Source: Eledone cirrhosa
Lineage: Eukaryota
NCBI GenBank assembly: GCA_964016885.1
Contig: OZ024741.1
Location: 289,850,001-289,914,000, forward strand
Direction: 5' to 3'
Length of the DNA: 64,000 bases
Position numbers and translations under genes: made by a program. The notes beneath the pieces were generated by a model, which was given only the letters and a program-made list of their open reading frames with translations, was not told where the DNA came from and searched no databases. Numbering within the stretch: position 1 is the first letter of the stretch; the number at the start of each line of letters is the position of its first letter. Shown here one piece after another: positions 62,001 through 64,000 of the stretch.

Positions 62001-64000
62001 TGTCTGTGTAGTGTAGTGTGTCTGGTGTTGTCTGTGTAGTGTAGTGTTTCTGGTGTGTCTGGTGTTGTCTGTGTAGTGTAGTATGTCTGGTATTGTCTGT
62101 GTAGTGCAGTGTGTCTTGTGTTGTCTGTGTAGTGTAGTGTGTCTGGTGTTGTCTGTGTAGTGTAGTGTGTCTGATGTTGTCTATGTAGTGTAGTGTATAG
62201 TGGTATTGTCTGTGTAGTGTAGTGTGTCTGGTGTTGTCTGTGTAGTGTAGTGTGTCTGGTATTGTTTGTGTAGTGTAGTGTGTCTGGTATTGTCTGTGTA
62301 TTGTAATGTGTCTCTTGTGATCTGCGTAGTGTAGCGTGTCTGGTGTTGTCTGTGGAGTGTAGTGTGTCTGGTGTTGCTGTGTAGTGTAGTGTGTCTGGTA
62401 TTATTTGTGTAGTGTAATGTGTATGGTATTGTCTGTGTAGTGTAGTGTGTCAGTGGTGGTCTGTGTAGTGTAGTGTGTCTGGTGTTGTCTGTGTAGTGTA
62501 GTGTGTCTGGTGTTGTCTGTGTAGTGTAGTTTATCTGGTGTTGTCTGTGTAGTGTAGTGTGTCTGGTGTTGTCTGTGTAGTGTAGTGTGTCTGGTGTTGT
62601 CTGTGTAGTGTAGTGTGTAGTGGTATTGTCTGTGTAGTGTAGTGTGTCTTGTGTTCTCTGTGTAATGTAGTGTGTTTGGTGTTGTCTATGTAGTGTAGTA
62701 TGTCTGGTGTTGTCTGTGTAGTGTAGTGTGTCTTGTGTTGTCTGTGTAGTGTAGTGTGTCTGGTGTTGTCTGTGTAGTGTAGTTTGTCTGGTGTTGTCTG
62801 TCTAGTGTAGTGTGTCTGGTGTTGTCTGTGTAGTGTAGTGTTTCTGGTGTTGTCTGTGTAGTGTAGTGTGTCTGGTGATGTCTATGTAGTGTAGTATATG
62901 TGGTGTTGTCTGTGGAGTGTAGTGTGTCTGGTATTGTATGTGTAGTGTAGTGTGTCTGGTGTTGTCTGTGTAGTGTAGTGTGTCTGGTGTTGCCTATGTA
63001 GTGTAGTGTGTAGTGGTATTGTCTGTGTAGTGTAGTGTGTCAGGTGTTCTCTGTTATGTAGTGTGTCTGGTGTTGTCTCTCTAGTGTAGTGTGTCTGGTG
63101 TTGTCTGTGTAGTGTAGTGTGTCTGGTATTGTCTGTGTAGTGTAGTGTGTCCGTTATGGTCTGTGTAATGTAGTGTATCTGGTGTTGTCTGTGTAGTCTA
63201 GTGGGTCTGGTATTGTCTGTGTAGTGTGTCTGGTATTGTCTGTGTAGTGTGTCTGGTGTTGTCTGTGTAGTGTAGTGTGTCTGGTGTTGTCTGTGGAGTG
63301 TAGTGTGTCTGGTGTTATCTGTTTAGTGTAGTGTGGTGTTGCCTTTGTAGAGTAGTGTGTCTGGTGTTGTCTGTGTAGTGTAGTGTGTCTGGTGTTATCT
63401 GTTTAGTGTAGTGTGGTGTTGCCTTCGTAGAGTAGTGTGTCTGGTGTTGTCTGTGTAGTGTGTGTCTGGTGTTGTCTGTGTAGTGTAGTGTGTCTGGTGT
63501 TGTCTGTATAGTGTAGTGTGGTGTTGCCTGTGTAGTGTAGTGTGTCTGGTGTTGACTGTGTAGTGTAGTGTGTCTGGTGTTGTCTGTGTAGTGTAGTGTG
63601 TCTGGTGTTGTCTGTGTAGTGTAGTGTCTGGTGATGTCTATGTAGTGTAGTATATCTGGTGTTTTCTGTGTAGTGTAGTGTGTCCGGTGTTGCCTGTGTA
63701 GTGTAGTGTGTCTGGTGTTGTCTATGTAATGTAGTGTGTCTGGTGTTGTCTGTGTAGTGTAGTGTGTCTGGTGTTGTCTGTGTAGTGTAGTGTGTCTGGT
63801 GTTCTCTGTGTAATGTAGTGTGTCTGGTGTTGTCTGTGTAGTGTAGTGTGTCTGGTGTTGTATGTGTAGTGTAGTGTGTCTGGTGTTGTCTGTGTAGTGT
63901 AGTGTGTCTGCTATCGTCTGTGTAGTGTAGTGTGTCTGGTGTTGTATGTGTAGTGTAGTGTGTCTGGTGTTGTCTGTGTAGTGTAGTGTGTCTGGTGTTG
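41000..64000. repeat. 28-bp satellite (GTGTAGTGTAGTGTGTCTGGTGTTGTCT), over 800 monomers, runs off the window end
   Basis: Monomer read directly; 24-bp deletion variants and kb-scale duplications are marked by rare variants. Confidence 0.97.

Noticed and set aside
41000-64000. Telomeric repeat array
   Set aside because: GT-rich strand bias, but no (TTAGGG)n; the monomer is 28 bp.

Overview
Repeat-dominated eukaryotic DNA with no host gene that I can support. The short dispersed repeats and microsatellite load resemble an octopus (coleoid cephalopod) genome; this is inferred from recognition, not a search. Most long ORFs in the track are artefacts of tandem repeats. Real coding remnants are all mobile-element derived: a stop-free but 5'-truncated L1/Tx1-type ORF2 (38439-40985, -), a Penelope-like (PLE) GIY-YIG endonuclease segment present twice in a ~2.9-kb head-to-head palindrome (30558-33466), a Helitron helicase C-terminus with its CTAG 3' end, and RTE and CRE 3' fragments. 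There are also about ten tRNA-derived SINE copies. 41.0-64.0 kb is a 28-bp satellite with nested 977, 2258, 3766 and 8210 bp duplications. The most interesting signal is RNA-level. Each arm of the PLE palindrome ends in a type-I hammerhead ribozyme (intact core in the left arm, C3U in the right). About 1.7 kb upstream lies an unrelated non-coding 432-bp partial-tandem element with its own type-I hammerhead fold and a short inverted 5' piece, the architecture of a retrozyme / non-autonomous PLE (28213-28888).
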